NCBI GenBank assembly: GCA_013239625.1
Contig: MU053504.1
Span: forward strand, 1,738,001-1,802,000
From: Lama guanicoe
Lineage: Eukaryota
Direction of reading: 5' to 3'
Length of the DNA stretch: 64,000 nucleotides
Part shown: positions 1 through 30,037 of the stretch, in pieces
How positions within the stretch are numbered: the stretch's first letter is position 1
How the letters are laid out: every line of letters starts with the position of its first letter
Program-made: the position numbers and the translations under genes
Notes under the pieces: generated by a model
The model's input: only the letters and a program-made list of their open reading frames with translations
What the model was told of the DNA's origin: nothing
The model's database searches: none

Positions 1-870
1 TGAGCCTGGAGCATTTTGTGGTGTCAAAAAGTAAGAAAGTACTCAAAAAAACCAAAACAATGACGGTATGTCAGAGGTACACAGGAGCCAACTCGAAGAG
101 CTCCCAATGGTCAAACTTGGAACAATCTAAGCAAAAAACCAAGTCAGACAGCATTAGATTATAATGCAAAATTCAAAATAAATATCTTTAAGTCCATATG
201 GATATAAATAAATGAGTAAGAAAATATGTAAGAAAAGATAAATCTGCACAAAAGAACACCACATATCTTACGTAAATACCTCTTGAGGAGGTGCACATAA
301 CTCCCCACCCCTTCAGTGTGGGCTGCGTTTGTTCCCCCCTTCAGTGTGGGCTAAGTGACTTGTTTCCAAGAAGGATGGGAAGGGAAGAGTAACATCACAG
401 CGAAGAAATCTGGCAAACATAACCTTAGCCAGGGGATCAAGGTGAACATCACTAGTGAGGAGTCAAGTTGAGAACATGAACCCTTGATATGTCGTGTTGA
501 GGATGGCACTTCGCCTGTGGTCTTCATTCCAGAAATCCGTAATCCCCGTCTAACCATAAGAAAAACACCAGCCGAATGCAAATTGAGAGACAATCTACAA
601 AATACTTGCCCAACAGTTCTCAAAACTGTCTAAATCATCGAACTCAAGGAAAGTCTGAAAAACTGTCACAACCCAGAGGAATCTAAGGAGACGTGACAAT
701 TAAGTGTAAAGTAACATCCTGGATGGGACTCTGGAAAAGGAGGGTATTTGGGGAAAACTAATGAAATTGGAATAATGTGCTGAGTTCACTTAATAATAAT
801 AATAATGTATCAGTATTAGTTGTGAGAAATCCAGCACAGTAAGGTACAATGTTAATAATGGATGAATCTG
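1..870 (+). mobile_element. Old L1 (L1MC/L1MD-like) 3' fragment in DDRGK1 intron 4
   Basis: A-rich sequence resembling an ancient L1M 3' UTR (e.g. caaattgagagacaatctacaaaatac...ctcaaaactgtc, cctggatgggactctggaa). Subfamily from memory. Confidence 0.6.
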
Positions 871-1631
871 GGTGCAGAGAAGAGCCTCAGAATATTTGAG
901 GTGCATTATTAGGATCAATATTCAGAAAGGTGAGAAATTCTCTTGACTAATGCCTCCCCTCTGCTGTGTTCTGGCTCATTTGTTGCAACACTCACAGCCA
1001 GGTTTTCTGCCATCCAGTGTCCCTGGATAACAGGGCCAGTCAGCGGCCAAAGGCACCAGGCTACAGGGTCTTCCCAGCTGGGCAGCCCTGGCTCTCACTC
1101 TATATACCCAACATCTTTGTGATGTTCCTTTTCGTGGACACCTGGTTTTCAGAAGGAAGGAAGCACCTGGAAAACAAAGGCTGATTCACTACCTTTTTTT
1201 TGCAGTGGCTTTCATTCCCTGAACATCTCCTCTAGGCCAGACCCCAAAGTGAACCTGATACAGGTATGATCCACCTTCTCTTACAATGTCCTTTAAAAGC
1301 CTCAAGGCCCTCAGGATCCAGACACCAACCACCTTACCTCTCTGGCCCTATTCCTTCTTGCTTTCCCTGCTCTAGCCACTCTGACCATCTCAAAGTCCTT
1401 CAAATGCTTCAGGTATGTTCGATAAATCACATGCACAAAAATCCAGCCTCAGGCTAACTTTTCAGCAGCAGCTTTACACAGGCTGTGCCTGGAGCACAGG
1501 GACCACGTAAACCAGAGTCTGCCCCTGCACATGGTCCCTGGTCTATCTTTAGGCTGGAGGTGCTGGAAGCTGCATGGGAAGCAAGGCTGCCTGGTCAGGT
1601 ATCAGAAGTCAGAATCGGGGCTCTGGCTCAC

Positions 1632-4613
1632 CTTCTGTTCCTCCTCCAGGCGAAGCCGCTCCTCCTCCTTCTTCCACTCTGCCTCACGCTGGGACTCAAG
1701 GCGTTTCCGCTCCTCGCGCTCAGCCTCCTCTGCCTGAAGAAAGGCCTTCATAGGGGGCTATCTCCACCCATAGTTAGAGCTTGCCCGCCTCCCAAACAGG
1801 CCAGGCCAGGCCACAAAGGATGCAGGATACAGAGCTAGGCAAGCAGCAAACACTAACCCAGCACACAAAGAGCCTCAAGGGCAGTGTCCATCACAGGGAA
1901 GGCAGGGCCCTTTCCCCCTTCTCAGAGCTGCACCCCAACCCTCCCGCTTGCCTCACGCTGGGCTTTTCGTGCTTGTTTCTCCTCCAGCTTCCGTAGTTTC
2001 TTGGCTCCAATTTTCCCTGACAGGTGAGTTTCCACTGGCTTCTCGATGCCTTCTTCCTCCTGGGCTGAAGATGGTCAGAGAAAGACACCTTAGGTCCTGG
2101 CTAGAGAGGCCAGATGATGATGGATCCCCCCTACCCCTTGTCTCTCTCCTCATGGGGGATCCCCACTACCCACTTGCAAATATCACTAGCCCAGCTCTGC
2201 CTTCTACAGGCACCTGCCACATAGAAACTCATCTGGGGGATGTATGTTAGGTGTAGGGGAGGGGGAACCCATGGAGCAAGAAAACAGATAACTTTAGATG
2301 CTGCATAGCCATAAAGAGGGAGGTTCCAGGTTCCACTGTCTGAGTGTCTGAAAATCACAGGCAGGACTATTTGGGCTTTCAGAGTTCTCTGGGTTCTGTC
2401 TCTGAGCCAAACCTTCAGAGAAGGATGCCCCATAGGGAAATTTATCCCCACCTCAAATCTGAAATCATTCTCACTGTGATGAGGAACTGCTGAGGGTTCT
2501 GGGCTCAGTCCCTGGCCAGGGTTAGCCATTGGTCCCACTGGGCCCAGGGCAAAAAGATAGCCCAAAGCCCAGGACTACTTCAGGGCCAGCTAAAAGTTAA
2601 AGACCCGCTGATGGCTGAGCAGCAGGGATGTCTGACTCCAATTCTGAGACAGGAGGGATGGGCTCTTTTTTGAGCCAAAAGGTCCAGTTCCCAAGAGCAC
2701 AAGGGCAAAAGCCCCAAATGCCTCCTCCTCAGGCTCAAGCCAGCTGTTGAATACTGGAGAAGAGATATTCGTTCCCACAATCCTAACAGCATCAGGGACA
2801 TAGAGGCCTCTGTCAACAAAATGCCTCGGTCTTCAAACGCTTCTTCTAGGGTTATGGGTGACACTACCCCAGAAACTGCAGAAGCTCTTGGACAGCTAGG
2901 TGAGGCCCTCAGGGATTGAGTGTGTCCACATCAGGAAGAGGGCTGAGACACAGAGTGGACTGAGGAACTCTCTAGGTCAATCTAAACACCCTTGCCCTCT
3001 TGTATAGACACTGAGAGACAAAAATGAAGGAAGAGGGGGTTGGCTCAATGAAACAGGGATCAGGGTCCAGAGGCTGGGCCCTAAGTCTTCCCCAACCACA
3101 TCCTTTGACTCCCAGACATCCCTCCCACACTGTGGCTTCACACCCCACTCTTTCACCCAGGTCTGGGAGTCCTCTCACCCTCTAACCCAGTCTTCTCCAC
3201 GAGGCTGGGCCCCTCTCACCTGGAATGATGGCCTCATCCTCATTCTCATCCACTTCCGCCCAGGCCACCCGATGGGCTCGACGTTGAGCCTGCAGGCGGC
3301 TGCCCAAGTCTCGTCGGCGACGGGGCCTGCCCCCAGGTCTCTGCTCCTCGGGCTCCAGGGGCTGGGGCTGGGCCACTCGGCCTGCTACTACTGGCTCCTC
3401 GTCATTGTACAATGGCTCTTGGCCGGCTGTAGGGAAGAGAAGAATCATGAGGCTGATGGCAGAGGAAGCAGCACCCTGGAAGCCTCACCCTCCTCTGCTA
3501 AACTTCCTCCAGGCTCCCACTGCCCATAACACAAAGTCCCAGCTTCTCCGTCTGACTATGGAGGCTTTCGTAATTCAAACCCAGATCTTGGTCCTACCCA
3601 GCGAGTTCATCCCTTCCCTTCCACCTGTGTTGATACCATTTTCCTCTCAAGGCCTGACCTTCCCAGCTGGCCTGTCAGGATACTACCATCCTGCAAGATG
3701 GAGCTGAAACTCAGCCTCCTCTAGGAAGCCCACTCTGACCTCTTCAGACCTCATTTGAACGCCCACTACAGGACTGCATTTATTTCTTGCCTGACACCAC
3801 CATCCATGTTTTTATCCGACACCCCAATGGGAGAGCACACCCGGGGACTGAGTCTCTTCACCCAGAAGATTTGTGGGCTATCTGCTTTGCCTCAGCTTCC
3901 CTCTCCCTTGCCGCTGGCAGGTGCTCTGAAGTAGCTTGTGGGCCCAAGTAAGGGGAGAGACATATACACAAACCCGTAAGAGAAATGACGGGGAAGGGGG
4001 CAGGATCTGTTCTGTGCCCTAGCAGATGACATGGCCTCCTGGGCAGGGTGCGGAACGAGGAGAGGGTGCATGGGCGCAAGGGCGCTCTCCTTGAGGCGGA
4101 AGGAGAGAGCTTTCTGGAGCCACCTCATGCTCTCTTCAGCTCGTTGGTAAGCAGTAAACTCAGGTGCCCCCTTGTTGTCACCCGCTCTGGACCCAGCCTG
4201 GGAGGGACTGTAAACCCCTGTGGAGCCCCCATTGGGCTCATCTCTTTGGGGGTCATGAGAAAGTTGTAGGCACCCCGCCACTCTGCCTGGTCGGAGAGCT
4301 GGATTCTTGCACCGCGGCTCCCTGCCAGGACGCCATCGCGCACCTATACACAAGCGCCCGGCCTGTCTCACGTGCAGTGAGCGCCGCCCGGCGCCGAGTT
4401 CTCCTCAGCCCAGACAAGCAATCTAGCGCATGCGCAAGAGCCTCGACACGACGGCCTAGAGGCCCCGGAGGCCAGAGAACGCGCACCCCCACCGACCCTG
4501 GCCCGGCGGCATCTCCTACTACCTGCTGCCGCCCGGCCCCGGCTGCGAGTCAGGAAGAAGATAAGGCCGACAAGCAGAGCCGCAGCCACCAAGTACACCA
4601 CGGGGGCCACCAT
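1632..4613 (-). CDS. DDRGK1: DDRGK domain-containing protein 1 (UFBP1, UFM1 ligase adaptor), coding exons 1-4; partial, the gene continues left of the window
   Basis: Exons on the minus strand: 4613-4523 (91 nt, MVAPVVYLVAAALLVGLIFFLTRSRGRAA, signal-anchor), 3426-3220 (207 nt, GQEPLYND...RRRRDLGSRLQAQRRAHRVAWAEVDENEDEAII), 2064-1952 (113 nt, AQEEEGIEKPVETHLSGKIGAKKLRKLEEKQARKAQRE), 1733-1632 (102 nt, AEEAEREERKRLESQREAEWKKEEERLRLEEEQK). Phases join in frame. Introns are GT-AG except intron 3 (GC-AG). Confidence 0.96.
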
Positions 4614-4760
4614 GACGAGAGCTTCCAGGCGAAACAAGCGCGTCCACCCTGATACCCGGGATCCCCCAAGCCCCGCCCAACGCCTGTGTAGCTCTTCCCG
4701 TTTCCCGTTCTAGACTCCGCCCACCGCTCGGGGCCCCGCCCAGGCCTCACGCTTAACTTA
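4300..4760. promoter_or_regulatory. CpG island / promoter and exon 1 of DDRGK1
   Basis: High GC and CpG density around the ATG at 4613. GC boxes (ccccgccc) upstream, a perfect NRF1-type palindrome GCGCATGCGC at 4426-4435 and CACGTG at 4369-4374. Confidence 0.8.
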
Positions 4761-4881
4761 AAGCCCCTAGTTTTTAACTTTAAAATGAATTCTGGAGCTG
4801 TAAAAGAAAAAAAAAAAGTGGAAATTATTGTAAACGGTTATGTGCAGTGTGACAACATTTATGTAAGTTTTAAAAGCGCTA

Positions 4882-5026
4882 GGGGGGGAGGGTATAGCTT
4901 AACTGGTAGAGAGCATGCTTAGCATGCATGAGGTCCTAGGTTCAATCCGCAGTTCCTCTACAAATAGAGAAAGAAACCTAATTACCTCCCCCAACCCAAA
5001 AACAAACAGACAAAAAAATAAATACA
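4882..5026 (+). mobile_element. tRNA-derived SINE (camelid Vic-1-like)
   Basis: GGGGAGGGTATAGCT...GGTAGAG (A box), GGTTCAATCC (B box), tail motif CCTAATTACCTCCCC and an A-rich end. TSD taaaa(g/t)cgcta at 4871-4881 and 5027-5037. Confidence 0.85.
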
Positions 5027-5879
5027 TAAAATCGCTAAACAATACCATATAGTGTTTATAGAAACTTACATATTCATAAAAAATAAAAAAATCTTCTGAA
5101 TGATAACATACCAACTTCAGGATTGCGATTACTTTGGGGGAGGGAAGAAGTTGGATGGCATTAAGGGCAGAACTTTGCCTATATCTATGACACCTTATTT
5201 CCTTAAAAGGAGAGGGAAAGAGACCAAACCTATATGCATAAATTGTGATATACTCTTACATTCAGACCTGCAATTTTATACCATTTACAAATAACTTTAA
5301 TTGGTTGTACAAGAATTAGTATTCAGTTTTCCAAAGTAAGCATTTGGAAATTAAATACCCAGAGGAATTTAAATTTTTCCCTTTAGTTCTTAAGAATCTG
5401 TGTAAAAACAAAACCCCAAAACAAAAAACTGGGGACAAATTACACCTCAATAAAGTTTTTTTTTTTAAATACTAGGGATAGAATGTAAACTCAAAATTTT
5501 TAAAAAAGCAAATAACTACTGGGAATCTGCTATTACAGGAGTATGAAGCTTTTTGTGTGTGATAACATAATAAATAAAGATCCCAAGACCCATGGTATCT
5601 GTGGAGGGAAGATTTGAAAAAATATGGACACGCATTAACACCTTAACATGTTCAATTTGGAATGGTGTGAATTTGAGCACTTACTATTTTCTGTAGTATT
5701 TCATAATTTATAAACAAGCAAAAAGGGCAGAATAACGCTTCTAGAATATACATAAATGTTCATAATCATTAAAGCTGGTTAATGGGTTTATAGGGGCTCA
5801 TTGTATTGCTCTTTTCTCTCTTTTTTTCTAGGTTTGACATTTTTGTGCAAATTTGAAATTTGCCATAATAAAATTATTA

Positions 5880-6062
5880 TGATTATTATTGAAGTACCAT
5901 CAGCTACAATGTGTCAACTTCTGGTGTACAGCATAATGTTTGTCATACATATACATACATATATTCCTTTTCATATTCTTTTTCATTATAGATTACTACA
6001 AGATATTGAATATAGTTCCCTGTGCTATATAGAAGAAATTTGTTGTCTATTTTATATATAGT
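5880..6062 (-). mobile_element. L1 3'-end fragment (artiodactyl-type)
   Basis: attgaagta...tacaatgtg...ctggtgtacagc...gatattgaatatagttccctgtgctata, typical of the reverse complement of an L1 3' terminus. Confidence 0.7.
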
Positions 6063-8447
6063 AATTTTTACTTTTTAATAAAACTTCTTGACTTTATACA
6101 TTTTTGTGTATAATTTGTATGTGCACTGAAAGTTGTTTGAAAGGGTAAAACAACAAAATGTCAACAGAGAAATAACACTTCCTGCTGCCTCGAACTGATT
6201 ATATATCACTTTAATGGTTTTCATTTGGAATTCTCAGATTCTTAGGGTCCTGACCCCCAACCACAATGCGTAAGGTTTATGGACGGACTGGATGGGGTGG
6301 AAGATGGCAGGAAGAACAACGTGAGACAGCTGCTGCCCTGGTCCAAGCAAGAACAGAAGAGGGCTGGATTAATGACAGTAGCAGTGAACTGGTGAGGAGG
6401 GAACCGATTCAAGAACTATTTCAGAGGTAGAAGTGATAGAACCTGACAATCTCCTTAGAGGGCAAGAATTGTCCGTTGCTTAAATGGGTTTCCCCCACAA
6501 TTGAGGGGAATGCAATTCCAAAGAGATTTCCTGTCATATTCATTGCTAAAGGAGGTAAGAATTCACATGTTTTAATTCTAGCATAGTCTATTTAATGACT
6601 GAATAATGTAATCCCTTTCCTTTCTGTTCAGAACAACTGGGAAACTCTCTCTATGCATTGGCCCATCAGTTAAGAGAAGCAATCAATACATTTGTCTTGT
6701 TTTGTTTTGTTTTATTGTTGCTCAGAGGATTTCCGTCACTTGAAATCAAGAAATATGACCAAAGATGACACAAACTTCTGCATAGTTTTGGGTAATCACT
6801 TATTTCCTCCCTCCCCTCAACCTCCTGGGCTCCAAGACCTTCAGATTTAGAATGAGGTCTATTTAAAGTGAGTATCAATTCACAATACTGCCTGCTTTTA
6901 ATAACCCTTTGTAGGCTCTCATAGCTTGCTAAGTGACTGATGTGCCTCCCCAGTCTAGATGGTTCTCCCAGCACCCAGTGCTCCCAAGGGTCATCGTGCT
7001 AATCATAGCACATGGTACTTGTTTGTGGTACACCAAGCGCCTACCCTTGGTCCCTGGCAAGCTCCTCTTAGCCTATGGCTGTAGCTGAAGCTTTCAACAG
7101 TCAGGATGTCAGCTTTGCTGAGGGGAAACTCCTCTGCCCCTCCACCTCCCTGAGGATTCACCATGACTTCGTGAAGAAGGAAGACAGATGACACAGAGGG
7201 AGGGCAACCAGGTCAACTCCGAGAAGCCTCACAGATCATATGGTAGAAAGGGCACTGAATAGGAAACTTCAGGACCTGCCTTAAGGCACAGTAATTCCTT
7301 TTGACCTGTGCAACACTCTCACTATGGTAAAAATCATTGAACAAAGGATTTTTTGGATATTTCCTGAGGACCAATTCTGAAGTCTAAAAAAATTCATTGG
7401 GATTATCAGCGGTCTATAACATTAAGCAAAATAAGTCATCCAGGCACTGAGAGCCCTCCAGACTTACAATGATACTCCTCTGACAGGAGTTGCCTCACCA
7501 GCAGTGCTGGCCCTGAATCTGCCCTTGCTGTTTAGCCCTTGGTTGCTGAGTCCATGAAGGAGCAGGAGAGCTGAATTGTCCAGTGGGGGTGTCAGCAGTG
7601 GGTCAAGGTCTATCGCACACGCAGGTCTTCTGGGCCACTTTCTACTCTTACTGTGTTGGGAATGAAGAGATCTGGCTGAGACGGTGGCTACGGAGAAGGG
7701 ATAATGGACTTGAGGGATGAGGTAATAAGGGAGTCAAAATACTGAAGTCCCAAGTCTGGGAGATGGGTGACCAGGCTAGCTTTAGGCTATGCCAGTTTAA
7801 AATCACAGTCAAGTAGATCTAAGCTGACAGGCAAGGAAGAGCTAAGGGATTGGGGCTGAAGGTGAGGTCAAGATAAAGATCCGGGTTTGGGAGCACTTGC
7901 CCAGAAAGAAATCGTTCTCAGAGACAGCTTCAGAAGTGCCCGCGGTTAAGGCGAATCGCATAGAGCCTAGGCTTGCAGTTCATCATCGGCCTCGGGGTAG
8001 GGACGAGGGGTTCTTTGCTTCCCTTGGTGCCCCTGCCCTAGAGAGGGGCGAAAGCAGGGGTGGGGCGGGTGGTTGGAATGGTCTCCTCTGGCCTAGAGAG
8101 CGTCATTTGGCGGGAGGGGCTGTTCTCGGCTCAACCTCCAGTGTGGGGAAGACCCTTAGCAATTCGGACGCAGGGAAGCCGCGCTCGGCGCCCCAGGCTG
8201 CCCATCTGGAAAAGAGCGCTATACTCTCAAGGGTCTGAACAAGGATTTTGGGCGCCAACCTCGGCCTTTCGCCAGGAAGGTGTCCAGACTGCCGCCGCTA
8301 CCGCTCAGGGAGCACAGCTGCATCCAGAGGCTGCCTTTCCAGGACGTCAGGCCGGAAACTGAGCTGCCCTCTTCCGCCGCCAGCCGGAAGTGCCAGCGAC
8401 TCGAGGCAGAGGGGCTTCCGGTGGATCTGCGGGTTACCGGGTTCACG

Positions 8448-17387
<8,940 letters not shown>

Positions 17388-17656
17388 CCTGAAACCTCCT
17401 CCATCAGGCAGGCACCTGTCTAAGTACTTCCTTCAGAGTTGCCACTTCTGGAGAGTATTACCAGCTGTCTGGAGCAGCTGGCTCCGTTTGGAGAAACTTT
17501 GGCCAAGGGCCACCATTGTCTTGTCCTCGGTGATTCAGTGGTCTCTCCTACAGCCTGGGGTCCTGAAAGGACCTTGGGTGTTAAAATTGGCCTGGCAGGA
17601 TTGAGGGTTTAGGGAAGAACCACACAAACAGCCTTAGATGTCTTTTAAATGCAGCA

Positions 17657-17662
17657 AATAAA
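17657..17662 (+). terminator. ITPA polyadenylation signal AATAAA
   Basis: AATAAA about 270 nt after the ITPA stop codon. Confidence 0.75.
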
Positions 17663-19959
17663 AATTCTGGAAGGTACTTGCTTCCAAGTAAACTGGGTAT
17701 ATCTGCTTTGAAACCTGCCTAAGGCAGGTGTTGGTCTTCTGAATCCCCTTTGGCAGGAGCAGGACACCTTCCAGGTTGGGGAAGGGGGCCCAGGGTTGGG
17801 GGTGGGGAGAGAGTGGCCAGACGAGGGCAGTGCTGCATCCAGGCTGTTCTTGGGTCCTTGCTGGCTGGATTATTACCTCTTTCCTATTGTCCTTCAACTC
17901 TCAGATCATGGGCTGACCCTTTCTGTGCCAGATCCGTGCTGTCCACCGACCCATTGAGTGACGCCACCACTCTGCTGGCCTCTATGGTGTCTGCTGTGTT
18001 GTGGGAGGGGCAGTGCAGGATGTTGAATGCTTTTGCTTTATTCCGCGTACATTAGAGCAGCTAAAATGCTGGTTTATGATTACAATGCCAAGTTCGTTTT
18101 TAGGGCTGGGAGGGGGAATGGAGTCCTTGACCCCAGTTGGGTTGACACTCCATGGGCTCTGGGAGGACTGACTCCACTGTCCCAAACCCTTACTGTGCCC
18201 TGGTGAAGCCATTCTCTGGGAGGGATCTCAGGGACCTGGGGTGACTTTCTTGCCTTTCCTGCATATATTACTCTGGTGAGGAGGAGGTGTCCAACCCCAA
18301 GGACCTTCAGAAAAGCCTGTTGTGTGCAGCTGGTGGGCACCCTTGGTGCTGGCGTGTCACTCCCAGTCTTAAGATAACGTCCTCTCCAGTCACTGTTCCT
18401 GTCTTGGCAGCATGGCCCAGGGCCTGGATTTAACAGTTGTTTCCTCCAGTAAAGTGCATCAGTGCGTGTGGGTGAGGACAGGACGTCATCCCTTTGCTCC
18501 CCTCTTGCTTGTGAAGCCCAGCTGGGTTGTTTCCTCAGGAAGCTGATGGCCATGCCCAGCCTCCAGGGTTTTCTCCTTGGTGGGGGTGATGTCTGGCTGT
18601 GGCTGTGGCACATGGGGTGCTGGGGGGCCTGCCTGCTTCTCGCCTGGTGATTCTGTATGTGGCCCTAGCTGCAGGGAACAACCAGGCTACTGTGGAGGGG
18701 GCCCCAAAGAAGGATCACATGCCATGGGGGTAAGTGGGTACGTGGAGCTTGGGGCAGGGTACCCTGTCTCTGATCTTCAGCTGCTTCCTCAGAGTCCTGT
18801 CCTGTGTGCACAGAACATGTCCTGTCCCCCTTTTTTAAACTTTAGCTACCCATCCCACAAGCAGCACCATGAGTGTGCTTGTCCCCACCCCTACCTGCCC
18901 AGGAACAGAACTGCTTGCCTGGAGGGTGAGGTGCCTTGACTGTGCCCCCATCTCCATGCCCCCATCAGTGCATCAGGGCTCCCATAGCTCCCACTTTAAC
19001 ACCAGCCAGCCAGCCTTCTGATTTTTGCCAGTCTCCTAAGTGGAAGGTGCCGTCTCACTGTTGGGTTGCATTTCTCAGATGACCAGGGTGTTTGAGCATC
19101 TCTTGCTATTCCTATTAACATTTTGGGCTTCCTCTTCCCTCCCACCCCCACACCCCACTCACAGCCTTTGCCCCTTTTCTGTTGGAATCAGTGTCTTTCT
19201 TTTGGCTGTGGGAATTCTTTGTAAATTCTAGATGGTAGTCCTTTTCTAGTCTTAGAGGTAGCAGATGTCTCTCCTCTGCTCCCTTGGTCTATAGAGCATC
19301 TGTCAAGCTCAAATCCTGTCAGGTGATGTGGTAGGGTCTGTGAGCTAGGCGCTCTGTCCACCGCTGCTGCTCTCAAGCTCAGATCCATATTCCCTGAGAC
19401 CTGCTGCCACTGTCATGGACCCTGGCCAACCACCCAATGGCCACGCCAGAAACATGGCACCTTCTCCCCTCTGTCAAATCCTCCATCCCCAGTCATTGCC
19501 CTGATGCAGGAAGCAGCCCCACCCCATGTCTCATACATTACAACCTAGAATCCACATAGTAGACAAGATAGTTCAAAACTGCCGCTCTGGCCCCCACACA
19601 CCTATTTTCAGTCTCCTGTCAGGCTGCTCTGCAGAGGCCTCGGAGTCAGGGCCCTTCACCATCAGCCCTGCGGATCTATCTATCCCCAGTCACTGGGCTA
19701 TTCACTAGCCCCAAGCCCTCTTGGGGCCCTTGCACCTGCTGTTCCGAGAACACGTCCCCTGCAGGTTCCTGGCAATGTGGCAGCACAAAGTCCTCCTGGA
19801 TCTTCCATGTTCCCTGTTGGGCCAGCATCTACTTGGTGGAGTTGGAAGTAAGAGCCCTTAGACGGCGCTCAGCAAACCTCAGGGCTCTCAGGTGGCCTTC
19901 AGAGGCTGGGGCAGGGCAGCAGGGATGGAGGTGGCAGGTAGAAGCATAGAAACAGGAGC

Positions 19960-19965
19960 TTTATT
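19960..19965 (-). terminator. SLC4A11 polyadenylation signal AATAAA
   Basis: TTTATT on the plus strand, about 345 nt past the SLC4A11 stop codon. Confidence 0.75.
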
Positions 19966-20308
19966 CTCTAATGCGCACACAGCAATTTCCTTACACAATC
20001 AAGGAAATGGTTTCTCTTTCAGGCATCTGACTCTTTTATCAAAAGAAAATCCGTCCTGCTTAGTCCCACCCTGGGCAGAAGCTGCCCTGAGCAGTATTCT
20101 GGACCCAAAGCAAAAGGCTAGTGGGAGGGGAGCAGACACACACCACAGAGCCTCCCTGATGCCCAGATGCCCTAGGCTGGTTGGGGCAGCTGTGATGGGG
20201 TGCAGCCCAGAGCAGCACCCCAGAAGATACCCACATTTCCCCACACATAGCCACAGAGCCAGCCTGGGAAGAGCCAGAGGGATGGACGAGTGGGGTGTGG
20301 CCAGGGCC

Positions 20309-30037
<9,729 letters not shown>

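Noticed and set aside
4882..4960. tRNA gene (also at about 11570, 15160, 16665 and 58645)
   Set aside because: A/B boxes are present, but the copies are mutually diverged and carry AT-rich tails and TSDs. They are SINEs, not tRNA genes.
8280..8447. In-frame N-terminal extension of ITPA suggested by the ORF track
   Set aside because: It starts at GTG in GC-rich promoter DNA. The conserved protein begins at ATG 8448 and nothing supports the extension.
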